A DNA stretch of 32,000 nucleotides from Vibrio vulnificus CMCP6 (GTDB taxonomy: Bacteria; Pseudomonadota; Gammaproteobacteria; Enterobacterales; Vibrionaceae): the NCBI RefSeq assembly GCF_000039765.1, contig NC_004459.3, forward strand, positions 570,001 through 602,000, in the 5' to 3' direction. The notes beneath the pieces were generated by a model that saw nothing but the letters and a program-made list of their open reading frames with translations, was not told the origin of the DNA and made no database searches. Of the stretch, positions 1 to 9,427 are shown piece by piece; the stretch's first letter is position 1; every line of letters starts with the position of its first letter. The translations under genes and the position numbers were made by a program.

Positions 1-182
1 ACTTAAGAGTAGAATGCACCTCACGACTGTTTCGCTTTGTTGATGATCTTGAACTCAAAATCGTCGATGGCCAATTGCTCGTCCGTTCAGAGTCACGCGT
101 TGGTTACTCCGATCTTGGCGTCAATCGCAAGCGCGCAGAGCAATTAAGAAGCTTACTGACTGAGGCGGGTTTCATTAAGTAA
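1..182 (+). CDS. 3' end of a gene truncated by the window edge; C-terminus resembles DUF1499-family proteins
   Basis: The frame starting at nt 3 is open from the window edge to TAA at 180-182. It translates to ...VRSESRVGYSDLGVNRKRAEQLRSLLTEAGFIK. I recall the GYSDxGVNRKR motif from DUF1499 proteins. It is absent from the ORF track because no start codon lies in the window. Confidence 0.45.
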   Translation, partial: LRVECTSRLFRFVDDLELKIVDGQLLVRSESRVGYSDLGVNRKRAEQLRSLLTEAGFIK

Positions 183-229
183 AGGCAAAGGGTAAACAAC
201 AAGCGAAAGTACTTATTGTGACAGAGCTT

Positions 230-238
230 TGCTATACT
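230..238 (+). promoter_or_regulatory. Possible extended -10 promoter (TGcTATACT) for mtnN
   Basis: TGcTATACT lies about 40 nt upstream of the mtnN ATG. I found no good -35 element. Confidence 0.3.
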
Positions 239-278
239 CTCGCCAATTCTATGTTTGTTTAAAAATTAAGAGATTGAT

Positions 279-974
279 ATGAAAGTCGGTATTATCGGTG
301 CCATGCAACAAGAAGTGGCCATCCTTAAAGAAGCAATGACCAACGCACAAACCGTAAATAAAGCAGGTTGCACCTTCTATTCAGGTCAAATCAATGGTGT
401 TGAGGTTGTGCTACTGCAATCCGGCATTGGTAAAGTTGCTGCCGCGATTGGCACCACTATCCTTCTCGATGAATATCAACCTGATATGGTGCTCAACACC
501 GGTTCTGCAGGTGGTTTTGATTCCAGCTTAAATCTTGGTGATGTGGTCATTTCGACTGAAGTCCGTCATCACGATGCTGACGTGACGGCATTTGGCTATG
601 AAATGGGCCAAATGGCAGGTCAACCAGCCGCTTTCCTCGCTGATGAAAAATTGATGAACTTGGCTGAAAAAGCGTTAGAGCAAATGGATGGACAACACGC
701 GGTTCGTGGTCTCATCTGTACTGGTGATGCATTCGTTTGTACCGCTGAGCGTCAAGCCTTTATCCGTCAACACTTCCCATCCGTGATTGCAGTTGAAATG
801 GAAGCGTCTGCGATTGCACAAACTTGTTACCAATTCAAAGTGCCGTTTGTAGTCGTACGTGCAATTTCAGATGTGGCAGACAAAGAATCACCAATGAGCT
901 TTGAAGAGTTCTTACCTTTGGCAGCCAAGAGCTCGTCAGAAATGGTCTTCAAAATGTTGGAACTGCTGAAGTAA
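279..974 (+). CDS. mtnN: 5'-methylthioadenosine/S-adenosylhomocysteine nucleosidase
   Basis: 231 aa with an ATG start and AAGAG upstream. It is collinear with the E. coli and V. cholerae Pfs/MtnN sequences I recall (MKxGIIGAMxxEV..., [33 protein letters not shown]). Confidence 0.95.
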   Translation: MKVGIIGAMQQEVAILKEAMTNAQTVNKAGCTFYSGQINGVEVVLLQSGIGKVAAAIGTTILLDEYQPDMVLNTGSAGGFDSSLNLGDVVISTEVRHHDADVTAFGYEMGQMAGQPAAFLADEKLMNLAEKALEQMDGQHAVRGLICTGDAFVCTAERQAFIRQHFPSVIAVEMEASAIAQTCYQFKVPFVVVRAISDVADKESPMSFEEFLPLAAKSSSEMVFKMLELLK

Positions 975-985
975 TCGCCATATCT

Positions 986-1939
986 ATGACAGAGCTGTTT
1001 GATCAACTCTATGCCAACGGTGCGCTCCTCATTCTTTGGGGAGCGTTACTGTTCCATCTCATTATCCCGATTCCACGCTCCTCTCATCCCGTCACACTCT
1101 GGCACAAATTTGCACAGCTGTTGGCAGATAAAGTCAATACCCAACAAAGCTATCAACAAAGCCTCATCTCAGGCCATTTAGCGTTATTGTTGATGCTGTT
1201 TCCTTGTTTAGCGGTCCTGTTTGCTTTAAAACCCTTGGTTTGGCAACCGCAGCTATTTGAACTTGCATTGCTGCTGTTGGCGCTAGATTGGCGCAGTAAC
1301 GAGAGCCTCGCCAAAGCGCTGATTCGTGCTATGGCTAATGAGGATAAAGCTGCGGCAAGAAGCCTATTGGCCCCCTACCTCAATCGAGAAACCACCACCC
1401 TCTCCCAACTTGGTATCGGCAAAGCCGCTGCAGAGACCTTGATCATGGGATATGGGAGAAATGTCGTTGGCGTTCTCTTTTGGTTTGCGCTTTCAGGCGG
1501 CATTGGGGCATTGATGTATCGCCTCACGATTGAACTAGCAAGAGCCTGGTCACCAAGTCGCGCCAACTATGCGCCATTTGGTGTGGCCACCGTGCGATTC
1601 GCCGCAGTACTGGATTTTATTCCGCTGCGTTTATTTGCCGTTATGATCCTGCTTGGTCAACACACAGGTCAAACATGGCAAGGCATGCGTCAACAAGTCG
1701 CTTCTTGGCCATTGCCGGGTCCGGCTTGGTTACTGTGTGCCGTAGGCAACAAGCTGCAACTCTCTTTGGGAGGGCCAGCGATTTATCAAGGTAAAAGAGC
1801 CGAAAGAGCCAAAATTGGTGGACGCATTGCGCCCTCCGCTTTGCATATTGATCAGCTACAACATTTATTAGCACGTAGGATCCTAGTTTGGATTTTGCTT
1901 CAGAGCCTACTTATGGGGCTTATTTATCAAGGGATATGA
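986..1939 (+). CDS. cbiB: CobD/CbiB-family membrane protein (adenosylcobinamide-phosphate synthase-like, divergent)
   Basis: 317 aa, polytopic and hydrophobic, starting 11 nt after the mtnN stop. Its TGA overlaps the btuF ATG. Family resemblance plus the B12-uptake context support the call; the sequence is less canonical than Salmonella CbiB. Confidence 0.7.
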   Translation: MTELFDQLYANGALLILWGALLFHLIIPIPRSSHPVTLWHKFAQLLADKVNTQQSYQQSLISGHLALLLMLFPCLAVLFALKPLVWQPQLFELALLLLALDWRSNESLAKALIRAMANEDKAAARSLLAPYLNRETTTLSQLGIGKAAAETLIMGYGRNVVGVLFWFALSGGIGALMYRLTIELARAWSPSRANYAPFGVATVRFAAVLDFIPLRLFAVMILLGQHTGQTWQGMRQQVASWPLPGPAWLLCAVGNKLQLSLGGPAIYQGKRAERAKIGGRIAPSALHIDQLQHLLARRILVWILLQSLLMGLIYQGI

Positions 1940-2757
1940 TGAAAACTCTCTCTTCACTTCTTCTACTGTTTTCGGTCAGTTTACAAGCAGCCCCCATTGA
2001 ACGCGTCATCAGCTTGGCACCACACGCCACCGAGATCGCGTACGCAGCAGGGCTTGGAGATAAACTGATTGCCGTTAGCGAGATGAGCGATTATCCAGAG
2101 GCAGCAAAAAAGTTAGAGAAAGTCTCCAACTACAAGGGGATTAACCTAGAGAAAATCATCACTTTAAAACCGGATTTGATCATCGCATGGCCGGCGGGTA
2201 ACCCTGCAAAAGAGTTAGAAAAACTCGAGCAGTTTGGCTTTAAGATCTACTACTCACAAACCAAATCACTTAAAGATATTGGCGATAACATTGAACAACT
2301 CAGTCAATACAGTGATGATCCGCAAATCGGCCTAAACAATGCTCGAGATTACCGAACTCATCTCGAAGCACTAAGAGCAAAGTACCAAAATCTCCCTAAA
2401 ACCCGCTACTTCTACCAACTCAGCGACACGCCGATCATCACCGTTGCTGGCCAAAACTGGCCTACAGAGGTCTTTCGTTTTTGTGGCGGTGAGAATGTGT
2501 TTGATGGCGCATCAGCACCTTATCCTCAAGTCAGTATTGAGCAGGTGATTCTAAAAAGACCCCAAGCCATGTTCGTTTCTCCTCACGCGATTCAAAATAA
2601 CGGCATGTGGAGCCCTTGGGTTGAGGAGATTCCAGCATTAAAAAATGCGCATTTTTGGCAGCTCGATGCAGATTGGTTAAACCGACCAACCCCTCGCACC
2701 TTACTGGCGATTGAACAAGTCTGTGAGCACTTTGCCAGCATCGAGCAAAAACGCTAA
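1936..2757 (+). CDS. btuF: Vitamin B12 ABC transporter periplasmic binding protein BtuF
   Basis: The ORF-track frame is 1888..2757. The real start is probably ATG 1936, which gives the signal peptide MMKTLSSLLLLFSVSLQA and forms an ATGA overlap with the cbiB stop. The protein is collinear with E. coli BtuF (RVISLAPHATE..., KPDLIIAW, CGGENVF, PQVSxEQV). Confidence 0.88.
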   Translation: MMKTLSSLLLLFSVSLQAAPIERVISLAPHATEIAYAAGLGDKLIAVSEMSDYPEAAKKLEKVSNYKGINLEKIITLKPDLIIAWPAGNPAKELEKLEQFGFKIYYSQTKSLKDIGDNIEQLSQYSDDPQIGLNNARDYRTHLEALRAKYQNLPKTRYFYQLSDTPIITVAGQNWPTEVFRFCGGENVFDGASAPYPQVSIEQVILKRPQAMFVSPHAIQNNGMWSPWVEEIPALKNAHFWQLDADWLNRPTPRTLLAIEQVCEHFASIEQKR

Positions 2758-2828
2758 CGTTTGGCTGGAAAATTTCGTACAATTTGCCCCCATTTTCTGT
2801 TCCCTCACTTTTTAAGGCATTAAGTAAC

Positions 2829-3449
2829 ATGGACTCCATGCTGCTGTATTTTATCGATTTATTTGGCACCGCTGTTTTTGCTGTTTCCGGCGTTCTCTTG
2901 GCTGGACGGTTAAAGATGGATCCTTTTGGTGTGGTTGTATTAGGCAGCGTGACCGCGATTGGTGGTGGCACTATTCGCGATATGGCCTTGGGCGCAACCC
3001 CCGTCTTTTGGATCAAGGACACCACCTATCTTTGGGTTATCATCGTTACCTGTCTGTTGACAATGCTCGTTGTGCGCCGACCTAAGCGCTTAGCGTGGTG
3101 GATATTACCCGTCTGCGATGCCATTGGCTTGGCGGTATTTGTTGGGATCGGTGTCGAGAAAGCCCTCGCCTATCAAGATTCAGCGATGGTCGCGGTGATC
3201 ATGGGCGTCATTACCGGCTGTGGTGGCGGTATTATTCGCGATGTGTTAGCGCGTGAGATTCCAATGGTGCTGCGAAGTGAAGTGTATGCGACTGCCTGTC
3301 TTGTTGGTGGGATATTCCACACATCTGCCCTAAGCCTTGGCTATGATCACTCTACAGCCTTATTGGCAGGTGTGTTTTCGACCTTGATCATCCGCTTGGG
3401 CGCCATTCGCTGGCATTTATCATTGCCTACATTTGCACTAAATAAATAA
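2829..3449 (+). CDS. yadS: Trimeric intracellular cation channel (TRIC/UPF0126) family membrane protein, YadS-like
   Basis: The ORF-track start at 2784 is a TTG. ATG 2829 gives MDSMLLYFIDLFGTAVFAVSGVLLAG, which aligns with the E. coli YadS N-terminus. The GGGTIRD and GGGIIRD repeats are present. The btuF neighbourhood is the same as in E. coli. Confidence 0.85.
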   Translation: MDSMLLYFIDLFGTAVFAVSGVLLAGRLKMDPFGVVVLGSVTAIGGGTIRDMALGATPVFWIKDTTYLWVIIVTCLLTMLVVRRPKRLAWWILPVCDAIGLAVFVGIGVEKALAYQDSAMVAVIMGVITGCGGGIIRDVLAREIPMVLRSEVYATACLVGGIFHTSALSLGYDHSTALLAGVFSTLIIRLGAIRWHLSLPTFALNK

Positions 3450-3454
3450 TCTGT

Positions 3455-3477
3455 GTTGGCCGACTTTATCGGCCAAC
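3455..3477 (+). terminator. 9-bp GC-rich hairpin after yadS (GTTGGCCGA-cttta-TCGGCCAAC) with no U-tract
   Basis: A perfect inverted repeat lies 6 nt after the yadS stop. The lack of a T-run makes intrinsic termination uncertain. Confidence 0.4.
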
Positions 3478-3561
3478 GTCACGCCTCACTTGCTTTCGCC
3501 TTGGCAGCCGACTCTTTACTCGTTAAAGTGAACTACCTATTCCCACTCGTCATCAATCATT

Positions 3562-4407
3562 ATGTTACTCGAAGGCATTGAAACCTTATTGGTTCTGCAT
3601 AAAGAAAAGACCATGAGTCGCACCGGCAGTCAGCTCTATATTAGTCAATCTGCTGTCAGTAAACGCATTGCGAATCTTGAGAAAAAGCTTGGGAAGAAAC
3701 TGATTGAGCCTGATGGACGTCATATTCGTTTAACCGCTGACGCTCAAGCCTTAATAAAGAGTATTGAACCGAGTTTTAATGAGCTGCGTGGGCAGATCTA
3801 CGATCAGCAACTTATCGAAGATAATGCATTGATTAAAATCGATTGTTCAGAAACGCTACTGGCGGGTTATTTGAACAATGCGATGGAAGCACTGTATCAG
3901 CAGGATCGTCACCTTTCCTTGACCACCAACCACACACCTAGGATTGTGGAACACGTTCAGTCAGGCAAAGCCACACTCGGATTTTGCGCCGGCTATTTAC
4001 CGCCAAATCATGGGCTGATGACCTTTCACCTTTTTGATGAATCTTTTAGCATCATTAGTAAGTACCCACTAACTGAGCTACCAAAAGCAATCATAACCAA
4101 TGACCTCAACAATCCCGCCAATACCTATCAACTGGCTGCATTGTCAGCGGTGGGTGTGACGCCCTTGATGCAAATGGACTCTTACACCGCGTCAGCCCAG
4201 CTCGCCGTGGGTGGAATGGCCCCCGCCCTAGTGCCGAAATCCGTGATTAACGCATTACGAATAGAGCCACAGTATTGCTATCACTTTGACGAGCTTAGCC
4301 ATCTCACTCGTCCGGTGACGATATGTTGCCGCGCCAAAAGTCATCAAAACAGCCGAGTTAAAACAGTGATAACAACCATTGCTGATGCTGTTGCCAAAGT
4401 AGTTTAG
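3562..4407 (+). CDS. LysR-family transcriptional regulator
   Basis: 281 aa with an N-terminal wHTH (SRTGSQLYISQSAVSKRIANLEKKLGKKLIEP) followed by a LysR-type substrate-binding domain. There is no obvious SD before the ATG. Confidence 0.85.
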   Translation: MLLEGIETLLVLHKEKTMSRTGSQLYISQSAVSKRIANLEKKLGKKLIEPDGRHIRLTADAQALIKSIEPSFNELRGQIYDQQLIEDNALIKIDCSETLLAGYLNNAMEALYQQDRHLSLTTNHTPRIVEHVQSGKATLGFCAGYLPPNHGLMTFHLFDESFSIISKYPLTELPKAIITNDLNNPANTYQLAALSAVGVTPLMQMDSYTASAQLAVGGMAPALVPKSVINALRIEPQYCYHFDELSHLTRPVTICCRAKSHQNSRVKTVITTIADAVAKVV

Positions 4408-5146
4408 AAGCCATTGCCATCGACATCACAATGACCAGAGGACGGATCCATTTGTGTCCTTTGGTCACCACCACTTTTGCCCCCAAGCGCGCACCAATAA
4501 AGCCCCCCACTGCCATCACTAAGCCCACTTTCCAGACTGGCAATCCCGCCAGCACAAAAAACAGCAATGCCGCGATGTTAGAGGTAAAATTGAGCACCTT
4601 GGTTCGCGCAGTGGCTTCAACGAGGGAAAACTGCCCAAGCACAACAAAACAAACGGTAAAGATCGATCCCGTTCCCGGGCCAAAAAAACCATCATAGAAA
4701 CCAACACCACCACCGACCGACAGTGCAAACATCGCCTCGGATAACTTTGGCTGTCCCCCTGTATTGCGGGTGGGCGGCGCGAGTAAAAAATAGAGCGAAA
4801 TCGCGATTAGCAGCACGGGAATCAAGCTGGTTAGCACGCTGGCATCAATCACTTGAACAAGCTCTGCCCCGATGGCCGCCCCTATAAAGGTGCATGCGAT
4901 GGCGACTTTCATCTCTTTTAAACTAACGATGCCATTACGGACAAAATATAAGCTGGCTGAGAAACTGCCGAATGAGCTTTGCAACTTATTGGTCGCCAAT
5001 GCTTGTGTTGGGCTCAACCCTGAAGCCAACAACGCAGGAAGAGTGAGCAGTCCACCACCACCCGCCATGGCATCAATAAAACCAGCCACAGAAGCAACAA
5101 AGAACAGTGCTGCCAACATCTCAATCGTTATGTCCAATTCAAGCAT
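4358..5146 (-). CDS. yfcA: TauE/SafE-family (YfcA-like) anion exporter membrane protein
   Basis: The ORF-track start at 5155 is a TTG; ATG 5146 (MLELDITIEM...) is more likely. Polytopic membrane protein with GFIDAMAGGGGLLTLPALL and GFYDGFFGPGTGS motifs, as in YfcA. Confidence 0.85.
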   Translation of the reverse strand: MLELDITIEMLAALFFVASVAGFIDAMAGGGGLLTLPALLASGLSPTQALATNKLQSSFGSFSASLYFVRNGIVSLKEMKVAIACTFIGAAIGAELVQVIDASVLTSLIPVLLIAISLYFLLAPPTRNTGGQPKLSEAMFALSVGGGVGFYDGFFGPGTGSIFTVCFVVLGQFSLVEATARTKVLNFTSNIAALLFFVLAGLPVWKVGLVMAVGGFIGARLGAKVVVTKGHKWIRPLVIVMSMAMASKLLWQQHQQWLLSLF

Positions 5147-5654
5147 CCTTTTCAAAGAGGAAGAGTAAAGAACAAGACGGTAGCATCAAAACTAGCGAGG
5201 TAAAAAGGAAACCCAAGACAGCAATCCATTCCTAAAATTCATCAATTGTATTTTGTTAGAAACATAGTTTATTTGGGATGCTTCAAATACGCTCATTTAT
5301 TGCAAAGACATATCCTGAAAGCGCTATTTGCCCTTCAATCTTCACACTCAGTAACAAATTACCTCTCTTGAAGAGCGTGATTCACGTTCAAAATGCGCCA
5401 CATTTTAACTGACGTTATTTTCCATTCTCTGAAGTACTTGAAAATGAGCGAAAGTCACAGCGTCTAATGATTAAACCAAGCATGACACCAATTTTTCTCT
5501 GATCTGCGCTGAATTCTTTAGGCAGAGTCATTTTTTTCGCTTTTCCTTTATGCGTACATGTCACTTACCTTGATAGAACAGCAACCAGCCCAAAAGTGAC
5601 ATAATTGGTCAGCGGCGAGTTCGGATTTCACTTTTGACCACCTGAATCAATAAC

Positions 5655-6059
5655 ATGAAAAGAAAACTACTCTTAATTCAACTCTTTTTCCTCTCATCGT
5701 TGGCACATGCGGAACAAGGCGAGTTTATTGCTGAGCGCCCAGTTTATGACCACACAATTGCTTTAGAGCATCTCGCGTCGATTACGTCATCACTTGACAG
5801 TTATAGAGAGATGACGGAAATAGTCGATAGCCAGTTGATGGAGAAAGTGGACAACACAAGTTGGGAAATGCAGAACATCGGATTTCCTAACTGGACAAAC
5901 TACATCAAGGGAACGTTACTGAAACAGAACCTAAGAATCGCAGAACTGGAAAGGGATCAAGCTTCAACACCAGAGGAAATTCGCAAGAGGCAGAATAACC
6001 TTCAGCAAGCAAGGAAAGAGTACGAGGATTTCACTCAGCGCCATCAAGTCGTTGACTAA
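5655..6059 (+). CDS. Hypothetical secreted protein (orphan, 134 aa)
   Basis: It has a clear Sec signal peptide (MKRKLLLIQLFFLSSLAHA/EQ). The mature part has no Cys, and the C-terminal part is charged and looks like a coiled coil (RIAELERDQASTPEEIRKRQNNLQQARKEYEDF). AGA, AGG, ATA and CTA codons are frequent, and there is no clear SD. I recognise no family. Confidence 0.6.
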   Translation: MKRKLLLIQLFFLSSLAHAEQGEFIAERPVYDHTIALEHLASITSSLDSYREMTEIVDSQLMEKVDNTSWEMQNIGFPNWTNYIKGTLLKQNLRIAELERDQASTPEEIRKRQNNLQQARKEYEDFTQRHQVVD

Positions 6060-6098
6060 GAGAATACAAGCCAAGCGTATTTGGCGATTTCTTTCTAG

Positions 6099-6124
6099 AA
6101 AAAAGCCCGCTCAAATGAGCGGGC
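6099..6124 (-). terminator. Rho-independent terminator of carAB
   Basis: On the minus strand: GCCCGCTC-attt-GAGCGGGC followed by TTTTTT. In the plus direction there is no T-run, so it should be a weak terminator for the convergent 5655..6059 gene. Confidence 0.85.
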
Positions 6125-6177
6125 AATGAGGTTGTCATATAAGCCGTTATAGTTATGAACTCAGGGCTTACTGATTG
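6099..6177 (-). ncRNA. carZ: Candidate CarZ-like 3'UTR-derived sRNA of the carAB operon
   Basis: The carB 3'UTR contains GACAACCTC (complement of plus-strand 6128-6136) 3 nt upstream of the terminator hairpin. This is perfectly complementary to GAGGTTGTC at the carA SD/spacer (10568-10576). The 5' end is unknown and could lie inside carB. Confidence 0.5.
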
Positions 6178-9100
6178 TTACGCTTTCAAACTCGCTTGCA
6201 CTTGCGCGTGCAGTTCCTGTACCGACGTCACGCTTGCTTTCGCGTCCGCCGTATGAGACATACAGGTCGCAAATGCCGCGTTAAGTGTCGTGGTGTAGTT
6301 CACTTTTTCTGCAAGTGCGCCACGGCGTAGAACTTTCGAATCTTCAATCGCTTGACGACCAGCCGCCGTGTTCACGATGTAGGTGTATTCGTTGTTCTTG
6401 ATGCGGTCAAGAATGTGAGGACGACCTTCGTGCACTTTGTTTACTAGACGTGGGTTGATGCCCGCTTCACCTAAGATCACTGCCGTACCGTGTGTCGCAT
6501 CCAGCTTGTACCCTAGTTTCAGTAATTTAGACGCTAGGTCAACCACACGTTGCTTGTCGCCTTCGCGTACCGAAAGCAGCGCACGACCACCTTCAGGATA
6601 CACATTGCCACAACCCAGTTCTGCTTTCGCATACGCTTCAGCAAAAGTTGCACCTACACCCATCACTTCACCCGTTGAGCGCATTTCAGGGCCCAATAGT
6701 GGGTCAACGCCAGGGAACTTGTTAAATGGCAGAACCACTTCTTTTACCGAGTAGTAAGGAGGAATAATCTCTTTGGTGAAACCTTGCGATTCCAGAGACT
6801 GACCAGCCATAACACGTGCTGCGATTTTCGCAAGTGGTGCACCGGTCGCTTTCGATACGAATGGAACGGTACGTGCAGCACGAGGGTTCACTTCGATGAG
6901 GTACACTTCGTTGTCTTTTACGGCAAACTGCGTGTTCATTAGGCCACGAACGCCCAACTCAAATGCCAGCTTTTCAACTTGCTCACGCATCTTGTCTTGG
7001 ATTTCTTGGCTTAACGTGTAAGCAGGCAGTGAACATGCTGAGTCACCTGAGTGAACACCCGCTTGCTCGATGTGCTCCATGATACCGCCAATCACCACGC
7101 GCTCACCGTCACAGATAGCGTCGATATCGACTTCAATTGCATCGTCTAGGAAGCGATCCAGTAGAACCGGTGATTCGTTCGACACGCTAACCGCTTCGTT
7201 GAAGTAGCGGCGTAGGTCTTGCTCGTCATAAACGATTTCCATAGCGCGGCCACCCAGTACGTAAGATGGACGAACGACCAATGGGAAGCCAATTTCACGC
7301 GACTTCTCAACCGCTTGCTCCATGGTGGTTACGGTTGCGTTCTCTGGCTGTAGCAGGCCTAAGCGGTCAACCGCTTGTTGGAAACGCTCACGGTCTTCCG
7401 CACGGTCGATGGCATCAGGGCTAGTACCGATAATTGGTACACCCGCCGCTTCTAGCGCACGCGCCAGTTTCAGTGGAGTTTGACCACCGTACTGCACGAT
7501 CACGCCTTTTGGCTTTTCAACACGAGCAATCGCCAACACATCTTCTAGAGTAACCGGTTCAAAGTAGAGACGGTCTGAAGTGTCGTAGTCGGTTGATACG
7601 GTTTCTGGGTTACAGTTCACCATGATGGTCTCGTAACCATCTTCACGTAGCGCTAGCGAAGCGTGTACACAGCAGTAGTCAAACTCAATACCTTGACCGA
7701 TACGGTTTGGACCACCGCCCAGAACCATGATCTTTTCTTTATCGGTTGGGTTCGCTTCACACTCATCATCATAAGATGAGTACATGTAAGCCGTATCCGA
7801 TGAGAATTCTGCCGCACAGGTATCAACACGCTTGTATACAGGGTGGATGTCGAATTGGTCACGTAGACGACGGATTTCACTTTCAGCCACGCCGAGTAGT
7901 TTTGATAGGCGAGCGTCGGAGAAACCTTTACGCTTCATTTGACGAAGCACATCTTGAGTTAAACCAGCAAAACCACCCGCTTTCACTTGCTCTTCCAGCT
8001 TCACAATCTCTTCGATTTGAACCAGGAACCAGCGATCGATGTTAGTTAGGTTAAACACACCATCAACTGACATACCCGCACGGAATGCATCGGCAATGTA
8101 CCAAATACGCTCAGCGCCCGCTTCTTTCAGCTCGTGGCGAATTTTGGTCAGTGCATCTGGTGAATCAAGATCAACCATCTCATCAAAACCAGTCGCGCCC
8201 ACTTCTAGACCGCGCAGCGCTTTGTGCAGTGATTCTTGTTGGTTACGGCCAATGGCCATCACTTCACCAACTGACTTCATTTGCGTCGTCAAACGGTCGT
8301 TAGCACCGGCAAATTTCTCGAAGTTGAAACGAGGAATCTTAGTCACTACGTAGTCGATGGTCGGTTCAAATGATGCTGGCGTCGCACCACCAGTGATGTC
8401 ATTTTGTAGCTCATCAAGCGTGAAGCCAACGGCTAGTTTCGCTGCAATCTTCGCAATAGGGAAACCTGTCGCTTTTGACGCTAGAGCAGAAGAGCGCGAT
8501 ACACGTGGGTTCATCTCGATGATAACCATACGGCCATCTTTCGGGTTGATACCAAACTGCACGTTTGAACCACCTGTCTCTACACCGATTTCACGAAGTA
8601 CCGCTAGCGACGCATTACGCATCAGTTGGTATTCTTTATCTGTCAGCGTTTGAGCCGGTGCCACGGTGATAGAGTCACCGGTGTGGATGCCCATTGGGTC
8701 GAAGTTTTCGATTGAACATACGATGATACAGTTGTCCGCTTTGTCGCGAACCACTTCCATTTCGTACTCTTTCCAACCGATCAAAGATTCATCGATAAGC
8801 AGTTCATTGGTTGGCGACAGGTCAAGACCACGGCGACAGATTTCTTCGAACTCTTCTTTGTTGTACGCGATACCCCCCCCCGTACCACCCATGGTGAATG
8901 ACGGGCGGATGATACATGGGAAGCCAACCATATCGAGCACTTTGTACGCTTCTTCCATGGTCTTCGCCGTATCAGCACGAGGACACTCTAGGCCGATAGA
9001 TTTCATCGCTTTGTCGAAACGCGAACGGTCTTCCGCTTTATCGATGGCATCAGCAGTTGCACCGATCATTTCTACGCCAAATTCCGCTAGCACGCCGTGC

Positions 9101-9411
9101 TTTTCAAGCGCAAGCGCACAGTTTAGAGCCGTCTGACCACCCATGGTTGGTAGAACCGCATCTGGACGCTCTTTTTCGATAATCTTGCGTACCACTTCCC
9201 ATTGAATTGGCTCGATGTAGGTCGCATCCGCCATATCTGGGTCTGTCATGATGGTCGCTGGGTTCGAGTTTACTAGGATAACTCGGTAACCTTCTTCACG
9301 TAGCGCTTTACATGCTTGTGCGCCTGAGTAGTCAAACTCACAAGCCTGACCGATAACAATTGGACCAGCACCTAGGATAAGAATGCTTTGAATGTCAGTA
9401 CGTTTTGGCAT
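6178..9411 (-). CDS. carB: Carbamoyl-phosphate synthase large subunit
   Basis: 1077 aa with duplicated ATP-grasp halves ([17 protein letters not shown] and [16 protein letters not shown]). ATG start, with GGAG 9 nt upstream. Confidence 0.98.
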
Positions 9412-9427
9412 TGTCTACTACTCCAAA

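Noticed and set aside
999-1181. 60-aa ORF in an alternative frame within the cbiB-like gene, plus other 60-90-aa same-strand alternative-frame ORFs (for example 7653..7880, 21603..21845, 22741..22995).
   Set aside because: They are nested in conserved genes, have no independent translation signals, and their composition is consistent with chance open frames.
1888-1935. N-terminal extensions proposed by the ORF track for btuF (1888), yadS (2784, TTG), ftsA (19602), murG (23092, TTG), murE (29609), the dciA-like gene (15461, GTG) and the yfcA-like gene (5155, TTG).
   Set aside because: The extensions overlap upstream genes or use rare starts. Downstream ATGs give proper signal peptides or N-termini that align with orthologues, and they have better SD spacing.
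5497-5537. Weak hairpin (CTCTG...CAGAG, or alternatively TCTGC...GCAGA) followed by a T7 run on the plus strand. I considered it as the terminator of an intergenic sRNA.
   Set aside because: The stem is only 5 bp with a loop of 14-21 nt, and 3 nt separate it from the T-run. No convincing promoter lies upstream. It is not strong enough to call without expression data.
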